Notes under the pieces: generated by a model | What the model was told of the DNA's origin: nothing | Databases searched by the model: none | The model's input: the letters and a program-made list of their open reading frames with translations, nothing else | Made by a program: the position numbers and the translations under genes | Shown: positions 31,199-40,351 of the stretch, piece by piece | Position numbering within the stretch: position 1 is the first letter of the stretch | How the letters are laid out: each line of letters starts with the position of its first letter | Assembly (NCBI GenBank): GCA_963771175.1 | Contig: CAVYSY010000032.1 | Location: 256,001 to 320,000, forward strand | DNA length: 64,000 nt | Reading direction: 5' to 3' | Source of the DNA: an uncultured delta proteobacterium | Lineage (GTDB): Bacteria > Myxococcota > Myxococcia > Myxococcales > Myxococcaceae

Positions 31199-31987
31199 GT
31201 GACGACCCGACGTGCCGCACTCGCGCGGCTTCTTCCTCTCGTATTCCTCGGCGTACTCGCCTGCAGCAGCGAGCGCAGCGTCCCGCGCGGCACGCCGACC
31301 TACGGATTCGAGGTCGTCCAGAGCTGGCCGCACGACCCCCAGGCATTCACGCAGGGGCTCGTCTACCGCAACGGGCGGCTCTACGAGGGCACGGGCGTGA
31401 ACGGCAGGTCGAGCCTCCGCGAGGTGGAGCTCGCCACGGGCGCGGTGCTGCGCAGGCACGACCTCCCGGAGCAGTATTTCGGGGAGGGGCTCGCCTTCTT
31501 CGGCGGCAGGCTCTTCCAGCTCACCTGGCGCTCACACGTGGGCTTCATCTACGACGCCGCGACGTTCCAGCCGACGGGACAGTTCAGCTACACCGGCGAG
31601 GGCTGGGGACTCACTGATGACGGCACCTCGCTCATCCTGAGCGATGGCACGAGCACGCTGCGCTTCCTCGAGCCCACCACGTTCGCGGTGCAGCGCATGG
31701 TCAAGGTGACCGACAATGGCCGTGAGGTCTCGCGACTCAACGAGTTGGAGTACGTGAATGGCGAGGTCTACGCCAACGTGTGGATGAAAGACCTCATCGC
31801 ACGGATCGACCCGGCCACGGGGAACGTGAAGGGGTGGATCGACCTCACGGGGCTGCTCGCACCGGATGAGCGGACCGGCGGCGAGGACGTGCTGAACGGG
31901 ATTGCCTATGACGCGGCCAACGACCGGTTGCTCGTCACCGGGAAGCGCTGGCCGAGGCTGTTCCAGATTCGCGTCGTGCCCCGATAG
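31199..31987 (+). CDS. Glutaminyl-peptide cyclotransferase (lipoprotein)
   Basis: PHDPQAFTQGL, FGEGL, GEGWGLT, LNELE, DVLNGIA, TGKRW. Confidence 0.92.
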   Translation: MTTRRAALARLLPLVFLGVLACSSERSVPRGTPTYGFEVVQSWPHDPQAFTQGLVYRNGRLYEGTGVNGRSSLREVELATGAVLRRHDLPEQYFGEGLAFFGGRLFQLTWRSHVGFIYDAATFQPTGQFSYTGEGWGLTDDGTSLILSDGTSTLRFLEPTTFAVQRMVKVTDNGREVSRLNELEYVNGEVYANVWMKDLIARIDPATGNVKGWIDLTGLLAPDERTGGEDVLNGIAYDAANDRLLVTGKRWPRLFQIRVVPR

Positions 31988-32020
31988 AGCCCCACCGCGC
32001 ACCCTCCCCAGCGCTCCCTT

Positions 32021-33370
32021 TCAGCGCGTTTCGGTGCTGGATTTCACGGGCGCTCGCGCGGCGTTGTTGGCCAGGCTGTTCAAGTAGTTCAGCGCCATCT
32101 TGAGCTGATGGTCCGTCAGCTTCGCCGTCACGTCCCAGTCCCGCAGGCCCTCGGGCAGTCCCTTCAGCTTCGCAACCTCGGGGGTCTCGCTCACCACCGT
32201 GGGCTCCGCCTTGAAGTGCCGCTGCAGGTCCTTCTCCCGAGGCACGTCCTTCTCCCCCTTCCCTCCCGGCTTCTCCGGCACCCAATAGTCCGGCGTGATG
32301 CCCTTCTCCTGGATGCTCCGCCCCTTCGGCGTGTAGTAGCGCGCGATCGTCAGCTTCAGCCCCGAGCCGTCCTCCAGCTCGATGACCGTCTGCACGCTCC
32401 CCTTCCCGAAGGTCTGCGTGCCCAGGATGGTCGCGCGACCGTGGTCCTGCAGCGCTCCCGCGACGATCTCCGAGGCCGAGGCGCTCCCCGCGTTCACCAG
32501 CACCACCAACGGGTACTCCGGCTCCGTGTCCCGGTCCTTGCTCCGCTCCTCGGCCCCGGTGCTCCCGTTGCGCCCGCGCGTGCTCACGATGGGCAGGTTC
32601 CCCGGCAGCCACAGGTCGCTCATCGCCACCGCCTGGTCCAGCAGCCCGCCCGGGTTGTTGCGCAGATCCAACACCACCCCGCGCAACGGCTTGCCCCCGT
32701 TCAATCCGCGCAGTCGCTCCAGCTCCTTGCGCAGGTACAGGTCCGTGCGGTCCTGGAAGTTCTTCACCTTCAGGTAGGCAATCCCTCCGTACAGCGCGCC
32801 CTCCACCGAGATGATGCGGATGTGGTCCCGGATGATGGCCAGCTCACGCGGCGCGCTGAAGCCCTCGCGCATGATGGTCAGCAGCACCCGCTTGCCCGCG
32901 GGGCCTCGCATCCGCTGCAGCACGTCCGACAGGTCCATCCCCTGCGTGCTCGCGCCGTCGATGGCGACGAGCTCATCCCCCGCCCGGATGCCCGCGCGCG
33001 CCGCCGGAGTGTCGTCGATGGGCGCCACCACCACGATGCCGTCGCCCTTGCGCGCCACCTCGATGCCCAACCCTCCGAACTCGCCGGAGGTGTCGATCTT
33101 CATCTCCTTGTAGACCTCGGGCGGCATGAAGACGGTGTGCGGATCCAACGTCTCCAGCATCCCCTTGATGGCGCCGTGCATCAGCTTCTGGCTGTCCACC
33201 GACTCCACGTAGTTGTTCTCCACGTACGAGAGCACCCGAGCGAACACCTCGAGCTGCTCGTAGGTGGTGGTGCGGGTGGTGGAGGGCTCGCGTTCATCGG
33301 CCCGCGCCGCGGGAGCCAGGAGCAGCAGGCCCGCGGCGAAGGCCGCGCGCCAGGAGTGCAGGGAGCGCAT
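32021..33370 (-). CDS. ctpA: C-terminal processing protease, S41 family
   Basis: LDPHT, PDZ domain, DLRNNPGG, SASASEIVAGAL, TFGKGSVQ. Confidence 0.93.
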   Translation of the reverse strand: MRSLHSWRAAFAAGLLLLAPAARADEREPSTTRTTTYEQLEVFARVLSYVENNYVESVDSQKLMHGAIKGMLETLDPHTVFMPPEVYKEMKIDTSGEFGGLGIEVARKGDGIVVVAPIDDTPAARAGIRAGDELVAIDGASTQGMDLSDVLQRMRGPAGKRVLLTIMREGFSAPRELAIIRDHIRIISVEGALYGGIAYLKVKNFQDRTDLYLRKELERLRGLNGGKPLRGVVLDLRNNPGGLLDQAVAMSDLWLPGNLPIVSTRGRNGSTGAEERSKDRDTEPEYPLVVLVNAGSASASEIVAGALQDHGRATILGTQTFGKGSVQTVIELEDGSGLKLTIARYYTPKGRSIQEKGITPDYWVPEKPGGKGEKDVPREKDLQRHFKAEPTVVSETPEVAKLKGLPEGLRDWDVTAKLTDHQLKMALNYLNSLANNAARAPVKSSTETR

Positions 33371-33534
33371 GTAGGTCGAGGGTCCTTTCCCCGAAAGACC
33401 GCGCCCCGACTCTAGCACCCGGCCCGCGCCCCGGTCCCGCTACAAGCCGGGTGGCTTCCGCGAACTGCGCCGGTTTCGACAGCAGCTCGCCAGGCTGCTC
33501 CTCGTGCGGGAGGTGGAAGACGAGCCTGCCAGCA

Positions 33535-34017
33535 TCAAACAGGTGACCTGAATTTTTCGAGCAACCGCTGCGCTTGCTCCTGGCTGAAGACCGTGACGCG
33601 CTTGGAGGACAGCACCTTCTTGAGCAACCGCGTCGCCATGCGGCTGTCTTCCAGGGGGCCGGCGTAGAGCTTCGCCAGTTCGAGCAGGGCATCCTCATTG
33701 CCGAGAGCGATGGCCTTCTCGAACCAGCGCAGGGCGAGCCTCGGCCGCCCTTCATCTCGAAAGACGGTGCCGATGTTGTTCGCTGCCGCCGGATCTCCTC
33801 GACGGGCCGCCTTCCGGTACCAGTGCAGCGCCTTGAGGCGAGACCGTCTGACTCCAGTCCCGGTGTCGAAGAGGTACCCCAGGTTGGACTGCGCCTCCAG
33901 GTGTCCGGCCCTGGCGGCCGCCGAGAAGAGACGGAACGCTTCGCGCGCCCGCCCCTCATCCAGGAGCCTACAGGCCCGCGAGAACTGCTCCTCGGTGGAG
34001 GTGTGTTCTCTCACCAC
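33535..34017 (-). CDS. Sel1-repeat protein
   Basis: AQSNLGYLFDTGTGV...ALHWYRKAARRG repeats. Confidence 0.85.
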   Translation of the reverse strand: MVREHTSTEEQFSRACRLLDEGRAREAFRLFSAAARAGHLEAQSNLGYLFDTGTGVRRSRLKALHWYRKAARRGDPAAANNIGTVFRDEGRPRLALRWFEKAIALGNEDALLELAKLYAGPLEDSRMATRLLKKVLSSKRVTVFSQEQAQRLLEKFRSPV

Positions 34018-34176
34018 GTATCACCTCGGGTTCCTCCCCAATGCTGAAGAATACGCGGAACGCAGGTCTTCGGCGAAGAGCGCCTGCTCGGGCTCGGAAC
34101 CAGCTGTCAAAGGATTCGTTCCGCCGGGCTACGATGGCGGCGACCCATTGGGTCCACCACTTCCCAGGAACCAACC

Positions 34177-34935
34177 ATGCGCATCCTCTCCGCATTGACG
34201 CTGCTGCTGCTCTCCACCCCGACGCTCGCCGAGGAGACCCGCGTGGTGGTGCGGGCCCGCGCCCATGACGGCAAGTTCGTGGGCACCTCCATGGGCGGTG
34301 CCCAGGTGGTGCTCCGCGATGCCGAAACCGGCCAGGAGCTCGCCCGCGGCGTCACCGCTGGCACCACCGGCGACACCCAGCGGCTGATGAAGCAGCCGCA
34401 CGCCCGCGGCATGCAGCTCGCCGATGAGAAGAGCGCGAAGTTCGAGACGACGCTCGAGCTCGACGAGCCCCGACTGGTAACGGTGGAGGTGTCCGGCCCC
34501 GAGGCCCAGCGGCAGTCCCGCATCACCAGCTCCACCCAGGTCTGGATGATTCCGGGCAAGCACCTCACTGGCGACGGCATCATCCTGGAGCTTCCGGGCT
34601 TCGTGGTGGATGCGCTCGAGCCCCGAGCCCACGAATTCATCAAGCTCGACGGCAAGAAGCAGAACGTCCCCGTCCGGGCCAACCTCGTGCTGATGTGCGG
34701 CTGCCCCACCGAGCCGGGTGGCCTCTGGGACTCCAGCAAGTACGAGCTGCGGGCCGTGGTGAAGCGCGACGGCAAGCCCTTCACCACCGTGCCCCTCACC
34801 TACGCCGGGAAGACGAGCGCCTACGAGGGCCAGATTCCCGTCCAGGAGAAGGGGGCCTACGAGGTCCTCGTCACCGCGTACGACCCGAATACCGGCAACA
34901 CCGGCGTGGACCGCACCACCTTCCTCGTCGAGTAG
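34177..34935 (+). CDS. Secreted hypothetical protein
   Basis: Signal peptide; DGKFVGTSMGGA and MCGCP motifs; GC3-rich codons. Confidence 0.75.
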   Translation: MRILSALTLLLLSTPTLAEETRVVVRARAHDGKFVGTSMGGAQVVLRDAETGQELARGVTAGTTGDTQRLMKQPHARGMQLADEKSAKFETTLELDEPRLVTVEVSGPEAQRQSRITSSTQVWMIPGKHLTGDGIILELPGFVVDALEPRAHEFIKLDGKKQNVPVRANLVLMCGCPTEPGGLWDSSKYELRAVVKRDGKPFTTVPLTYAGKTSAYEGQIPVQEKGAYEVLVTAYDPNTGNTGVDRTTFLVE

Positions 34936-34939
34936 CCGT

Positions 34940-35837
34940 CTACTCCACCTGCGAGCTCGCTCGGGATGGAGGCGTGGAGCTCCAAGCGCTTCCCCGTGAG
35001 CGGATGCACGAAGCACAACCGCTCCGCGTGCAGCAGGTAGCCGGTATCCCCGAGCAGTCCCGGATGCTCGGCGCGCGGCACGCCTCCCACGGCATAGACG
35101 GGATCTCCTTCGAGCGGATGCCCGATGAAGGCCAGGTGGATGCGGATCTGCTGGGAGCGACCCGTCTGGATGTCCACCTCGAAGAGGGTGCTCGCCGCGC
35201 GCCGCTGGAGCACTCGCGCCAGGCTCCGGGACGCCTTCCCGCCTGGAGTCGCCATGGGGACCATGCCCATGCCCGGATGCACCGCCTCGCCGATGGGCGC
35301 GGTGATGTCGTAGAAGTCCTGGGTGGCCACGTGGCTCGCCAGGGCCCGGTAGCGCTTCTCCACCTCGTGCTCGCGCCAGGCGCGGGACAGCTTCGCCGCC
35401 GCGTCGTGCGTGCGCGCGAAGAGCACGAGGCCCGAGGTGCCGCGTCCCAGCCGATGCAGGGGGCTCGCCTCCGGGAAGCGCTCCCGCACGAGGTTGAGCA
35501 GGGTGTTCACGAGGAAGCCTCCACCCGGCATCGTGGGCAGGCCTCCCGGTTTGATGACCGCCAGGATCGCCTCGTCCTCGTGCACGAGTGAGTAGTCTCG
35601 CGGCGTCTCCTTCTCTTCCCAGGGCGGCCGGTTCCAGACGAGCCACTGGCCGGCTTTCAGACGCTCCTCACCCGTCGCGGCGATGTCATCCAACAGGACC
35701 TCGCCCCGGGCGAGCCGCTCCCGCCACACCGCGCTCGGGGAGTGCCTGTAGGCGTCGACCAGATAGGAGAGCGTGCTCTGTCCCCGCGCCCGGGCGCCCA
35801 GCTGCTCGCGGTAGGCATAGCCCGTATTGAGTGCCAT
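34940..35837 (-). CDS. RluA-family RNA pseudouridine synthase (3' end inferred)
   Basis: KPGGLP, HRLGRGTSG (G in place of the usual catalytic D), TGRSQQIRIHL, HPLEGDPVY, LHA. Confidence 0.8.
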
Positions 35838-36058
35838 GCCGCTACCCCCTCTCGAAGAGGCGGAAGAAGTCCCAGGGGGCGCGCTTCTTGCGCGGACAGC
35901 GCGTGGCATCTCCTGCTCGTAACACCGTCACCTCGCACTGCTCGGGGGGCTGGATCATCCCACGCGGGGCGCGGACCTTCCAGGCCCCAGAGCTCGTGAC
36001 CCGAACCGCGGCCCTGGCAGGCTGCGCCCCAAGTAGGCTGCACGAAGGGCCCAGCGCA

Positions 36059-37846
36059 TCAAGAGCTGGCGTGACCGAAGCGGGTGGCGTCCTCCGTGTT
36101 CTCGATGGTGATGCCCAGTTCATCCCGGAGCACCTCCATCAAGTCAGGCCGCAAGCGGATGGTGCCCTGGCGCAAGCGGTGATTGAGCGAGAGATCCGCA
36201 CTGGAGAGTCTCCGTGCCGGGTGGGAGCGCTGGAGCAACGCATTGATCTGGCGCTGAGCACCTTCCAGGACGCGAAGCGCTGAACGCTCGATCGCCAGGA
36301 ACTCCGCGACGGCGTCCGCCACGGCGTCGAGGACGTCTCTCCGGGCCCCCGAGGGAGAGCCCGCGCGCGAGTGGATCAACTCCCGGAGTCGCAGGCGGGC
36401 ATTCCCATCCACCTCATCCCTCGTGGGGGTGAACGCGTCCCGCAGATGAAGCAGCGAGTCCTCTCGGAAACCCCTCAGGCCGCGCTGGACGCGCGCGTAC
36501 AGCTCGCTGTAGGCGGCCTCGGCCCAGACTCGCGGGGCGGAGTGGTGCAATCCAGAGTTCATCAGGATCATCTGCCAATCGCGCTCGACATGCTCGCGCA
36601 GCCGGCCCAGGACGCCACCCGGCTCATCCTCCACCTCGAGAAGCGCCGCGTGAATCATTTCGTAGGCGCGGCACATATAGCTCCAACGGTTGGACTGGAC
36701 AGCATAGAGCTGGAGCCCGAGCAGCCCGTAATCCATCGCCGCGGGGATCTCCGCATCCCACGCCGCCGTGGGGATGGGAGCACCCGTCACGGGCTTGCCA
36801 TCCATCAGCGTCGCGAGGAACTCCTCCACCATGTGCGGGGGACCGGCGCAGACGCCGCGAGTCGACAGGAAGTGGTTGCCCTGTTCGGTGTAGCGGTACA
36901 GCTCGGCCGCCGTGATGGGCGTGTCGTACGTAATCGAACTCTCCAGGAGCAGGAGCAGATAGGACGCCATCATCCGCACGCCGTCCGTCACCCGGAACAT
37001 GGAGGACAGCACGGGATCCAGCGTGCCGTTGGGGACGGGGGCGTTCGCGCGCATCAGCAACAGGCTCGGCAGGGCCAGCACGGCACAGGACAGGGCGTGA
37101 AGATCCCCCAGCCGCCAGCGCCCGTCTGGGAGCAGGGGATGGCGGCGCAGGAACTCCTCGCGAACCGCGAGCACCCCCCGCAGCACGGGCTTCCAGTGCC
37201 GCGTCATCGACTTGAGCGCCGTCACGTTCATCGGCGCCTCGTCCCGATAGCGGCTGCCCGGATAGGGACACACCCGCCACTCCGTCGGAAGCTTCATGCG
37301 CATGGCGTCGGGGAAGACGTTCATCTCCCCGACATGGCGTCCCTCCGCGTCGAGCGCCGGGTGGGCGATGCGATGCACCGGGATCACCGTTTCGAGGAAG
37401 CCCAACTCCAGCGGCCGCCCCTCCAACCGCTCCATCACCTGAGGACAATCCGGGTTCCACCACAGGGGCTCGCTGGGGGCTTCCCGCCGAGCCTCGGCCT
37501 CCAGGAATCTTTGATGCGAGTGACTCTCGGAAGGTGGCTTCGGGGCCTCGCGCGAGAGGATGCCCTCGGCCAACAGGGCCTCGAGCAACTCCCTCACGCG
37601 CTCCCAGGGGTAGGGCTCACCCGAGCTCCACCCGGTGGCGCTGGCCGCCATGAACTGGTCCTGCGTGAGCAGCGTCTCGCCAAAGGAGAGCAGGTCCGGC
37701 TCATCGAGCGTGATCTCCTTGACGCCAAAGAAGATGTGCAGCTCCCTGTTTCCCTCGGGGGTGGTCACGTACTCGCGCGTGGAGCGACGCCTCAGGGGCA
37801 AGTACAGCGTCTCATGGGGATCAACCGACACGGCTTCCTGACTCAT
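36059..37846 (-). CDS. 595-aa protein of unrecognised family; candidate RiPP maturase with N-terminal wHTH/RRE-like segment
   Basis: Intact ORF with GGAG RBS; N-terminal region ends WERVRELLEALLAEGIL; directly downstream of a peptide gene. Confidence 0.7.
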   Translation of the reverse strand: MSQEAVSVDPHETLYLPLRRRSTREYVTTPEGNRELHIFFGVKEITLDEPDLLSFGETLLTQDQFMAASATGWSSGEPYPWERVRELLEALLAEGILSREAPKPPSESHSHQRFLEAEARREAPSEPLWWNPDCPQVMERLEGRPLELGFLETVIPVHRIAHPALDAEGRHVGEMNVFPDAMRMKLPTEWRVCPYPGSRYRDEAPMNVTALKSMTRHWKPVLRGVLAVREEFLRRHPLLPDGRWRLGDLHALSCAVLALPSLLLMRANAPVPNGTLDPVLSSMFRVTDGVRMMASYLLLLLESSITYDTPITAAELYRYTEQGNHFLSTRGVCAGPPHMVEEFLATLMDGKPVTGAPIPTAAWDAEIPAAMDYGLLGLQLYAVQSNRWSYMCRAYEMIHAALLEVEDEPGGVLGRLREHVERDWQMILMNSGLHHSAPRVWAEAAYSELYARVQRGLRGFREDSLLHLRDAFTPTRDEVDGNARLRLRELIHSRAGSPSGARRDVLDAVADAVAEFLAIERSALRVLEGAQRQINALLQRSHPARRLSSADLSLNHRLRQGTIRLRPDLMEVLRDELGITIENTEDATRFGHASS

Positions 37847-37996
37847 GCGAGGGCTCCTGGGAGCAAGCCCGGGATGTTCAGGCGCGGAGGGGCTGCTCCA
37901 TACGGGTGGGGTTCTCCTTTGGGCTGAGCACTGGGCGCGGCCTTGTGATTCGCGTCACTTCCGGACGTCCTGCTGGGAGGACAAGCGGGCTGCCCA

Positions 37997-38042
37997 CAAA
38001 AACACAGTCGCCAGCAGGCGGCGCACCGCCCACTGGCGACTG
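37997..38042 (-). terminator. Stem-loop after the peptide gene (terminator or mRNA stabiliser)
   Basis: CAGTCGCCAG/CTGGCGACTG 10-bp stem with inner GGCGG/CCGCC, followed on the minus strand by TGTTTTT. Confidence 0.7.
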
Positions 38043-38065
38043 GAATCCAACGCGTCTGCGTCTAC

Positions 38066-38155
38066 CTACGCCAGCTGGTAGCTGCGGCAACCGCCGCCGA
38101 GGCTGATCGTATAAACGCTGGCCAGACCGCCACGAATGTTGGTCTTGATCTTCAT
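38066..38155 (-). CDS. 29-aa putative RiPP precursor peptide (not in ORF track)
   Basis: MKIKTNIRGGLASVYTISLGGGCRSYQLA*; GAGGAG SD 7 nt before the ATG; hairpin just after the stop. Confidence 0.75.
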   Translation of the reverse strand: MKIKTNIRGGLASVYTISLGGGCRSYQLA

Positions 38156-38305
38156 GTGCTCGCTCCTCGTTCGTACTGCGTTTCATCCGGACTGAGTACG
38201 GAGCGACGCGTTTGTGCTTCTGCTTCGAGTTCTTTTCGACAGGCCTGCCAGGAGGACGAGCAGGCAGCCCTGTCGGAGCAGTGAAGTGGGCCCCCCCAGG
38301 CTCCC

Positions 38306-39166
38306 CTACAGCCCGGAGGCGTCCGCGAACTGGAGCAGTTCCGACAGCAGCTCGTCTGGCCGTTCCACATGCGGAATGTGGCCGAAGCCATCCACCACCC
38401 TCACCCGCGCATGGCCCGGCAGGTGCGAGCGGAAGAAATCCAGGCTCTGGAGGGGCAGCAACTTCTCACTCCCGCCCCACACGAACAGCACCGGCATGGC
38501 GAGCGCCTTGAGCACCTCGGGCTTGAGGTACTCGCCCGTGGCCAGCGCGTCCTCGCTTAGCGCGCGCACCGCGGGGGTGGCGTAGATGCCGCGCACCATG
38601 TCGGCGAACAGCATCATCAGCCAGGGCGGACGGTGGAAGAGGCGCCGGGTGAGCGCGCGAGACTGTTCGGCAGTGCGCACATTCATGGCCTCCAGCACCT
38701 CGCGGATGGGCTCGTGCCCCACATCCGCTCCCGCCGGCGCCACCAGCCCCAGGGCCTTCACCAACTCCGGGTGCTCCGCCGAGAGCTGCACCGACATGGC
38801 CCCGCCCAGCGAGTTGCCCACCACGAAGGCCGGCCCGCCCACCACCTTCCGGCAGTACTCCACCAGCATGTCGTACTGGCCGCGCACGCACGTCGGCCCG
38901 AGGCAGTACTCCGGCGAGAAGCCATGCCCCGGCAGGTCCACCGCCAGCACCCTCTCGAAGCGCTTGGAAAGCCCGAAGAAGAGGCGCGCGAAGCCGTTGG
39001 CCGCTCCGCCCAGCCCGTGCACCAGCAGCACCGGCGGACCCTTGCCGCTCCCCTTCAGCTCGTAGTGGTGGAGCGGCTGACCGGCCACGTCCACCAGCGC
39101 CGACCGCACCCCGCGCGCCACCAGCATGCGGCGGGTCATCTCTTGGAGGCCTGAAATGAGATCCAC
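38306..39166 (-). CDS. Alpha/beta hydrolase
   Basis: VHGLGG, DLPGHG, GNSLGG nucleophile elbow, GHIPH. Confidence 0.88.
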   Translation of the reverse strand: MDLISGLQEMTRRMLVARGVRSALVDVAGQPLHHYELKGSGKGPPVLLVHGLGGAANGFARLFFGLSKRFERVLAVDLPGHGFSPEYCLGPTCVRGQYDMLVEYCRKVVGGPAFVVGNSLGGAMSVQLSAEHPELVKALGLVAPAGADVGHEPIREVLEAMNVRTAEQSRALTRRLFHRPPWLMMLFADMVRGIYATPAVRALSEDALATGEYLKPEVLKALAMPVLFVWGGSEKLLPLQSLDFFRSHLPGHARVRVVDGFGHIPHVERPDELLSELLQFADASGL

Positions 39167-39205
39167 GGCCTGGAGATTAATCATCCCCATGCCGCACCGC
39201 ATCAA

Positions 39206-40351
39206 TTAGCGCGCGGCAGCCAGCCAGGGGGCCGGATCCACGGCCTGCCCGGCCCGGCGAATCTCGAAATACAGGTAGGCGCCCTTGAGGGAGCCCGTGT
39301 CACCCACCTCGCCCACCACCTCGCCGGCCGTCACCTGGGCTCCCACCTGGGGAGTGACGGAGGCCAGGTGCGCCACCAGCGAGTGGTAGCCGCCCCCATG
39401 GTCCAGGATGAGCAGGTTGCCGTAGCCGCGCAGCCAGCCCGCATAGGCCACGGTGCCCTCCGCCACCGCCTTCACCGGCGTGCCCACGGGCGCGCGGATG
39501 TCCACGCCCTTCTGCACGGTGACGGTGTTGAAGCGCGGGTTCACCACCTTGCCGAAGCCCACCTCGATGACGCCCGGCGCGGGGAACGGCAGCTTGCCCT
39601 TGAGCGCCCCGAAGCCGGATGTGGCCGGGCCCTCGTTCAGGTCCTGGATGACGCGGCTGAGGTCCGCGTCCGCCAGCTCCAGCTCGCGCACCATGCGCCG
39701 CGCCAGCTCGGCCTCGCCCTTGATGGCGCCCACCACCTCCTCCAGCGCCTCCTGCTGCGCCTTCGCCAGCCCCGCCTGCTCCCGCAGGAAGCCGAGCCGC
39801 ACGTCCAGCGAGCCCTGCAGTCGACGCAGCTCGGCCGCCGCCTGGCGCCGCAGTCGCGCCACCCGCTGCACCGTGCGCAGCAGCCGCAGGTCCTCCTCCA
39901 GCGTCGCCCGCAGCGCCCGCGAGCGCCACACCATGGCGGAGAAGTCCCTCGCGCTCAGCAGCACCTCCAGGGGCCGGCGCCGCATCATCCGGTACATGCC
40001 CCACAGCCGCGGCGACAGCCGGCGCATCTGCGTGCGCAGCATCTGCTGCGTCAACGCGTCCTCCTGCTCGGCCACGGCCAGCCGCTTGCGGAAGACGGCC
40101 AGGTCCCGCTCCAGCACCTTCACCCGCTGCGAGCTGGTGGCCGCCCGCTGCTCCACCATCTCCAGCACCTCGAGCGCGGACACCTTGCGCGACTCGATGA
40201 GCGCGAGCGCCGCCCGCTGCGTGGCCAGCCTCTCGCGGATGGCCGCCTGCTGCGACGCCTCGTCCAGCGCGGACGGCTGCGCCTCGGCCCCGTCCTGCGC
40301 GAGGGCCGCCGCACCACACAGCAGCAGTGAGAGGAGGACGAGCCGGCTCAT
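39206..40351 (-). CDS. envC: EnvC-like murein hydrolase activator (coiled coil plus degenerate M23)
   Basis: QKGVDIRA, GYGNLLILDHG, LYFEIR; follows ftsEX. Confidence 0.85.
   Translation of the reverse strand: MSRLVLLSLLLCGAAALAQDGAEAQPSALDEASQQAAIRERLATQRAALALIESRKVSALEVLEMVEQRAATSSQRVKVLERDLAVFRKRLAVAEQEDALTQQMLRTQMRRLSPRLWGMYRMMRRRPLEVLLSARDFSAMVWRSRALRATLEEDLRLLRTVQRVARLRRQAAAELRRLQGSLDVRLGFLREQAGLAKAQQEALEEVVGAIKGEAELARRMVRELELADADLSRVIQDLNEGPATSGFGALKGKLPFPAPGVIEVGFGKVVNPRFNTVTVQKGVDIRAPVGTPVKAVAEGTVAYAGWLRGYGNLLILDHGGGYHSLVAHLASVTPQVGAQVTAGEVVGEVGDTGSLKGAYLYFEIRRAGQAVDPAPWLAAAR

Noticed and set aside
31199..33370. Glutaminyl cyclase and S41 protease as RiPP tailoring enzymes
   Set aside because: They are separated from the pair by unrelated genes and both have ordinary housekeeping roles; no linkage evidence.
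35840..36058. Additional small gene downstream of the 595-aa ORF
   Set aside because: Only a possible C-terminal scrap (…RKKRAPWDFFRLFERG) with no credible start or SD.
37878..38186. 102-aa ORF MKRSTNEERAH...
   Set aside because: It overlaps the 29-aa peptide frame, which has the better SD, and it runs through the hairpin.
38306..39166. Alpha/beta hydrolase as the RiPP leader peptidase
   Set aside because: It appears to belong to the ftsEX-envC run. It cannot be excluded, but nothing supports the link.
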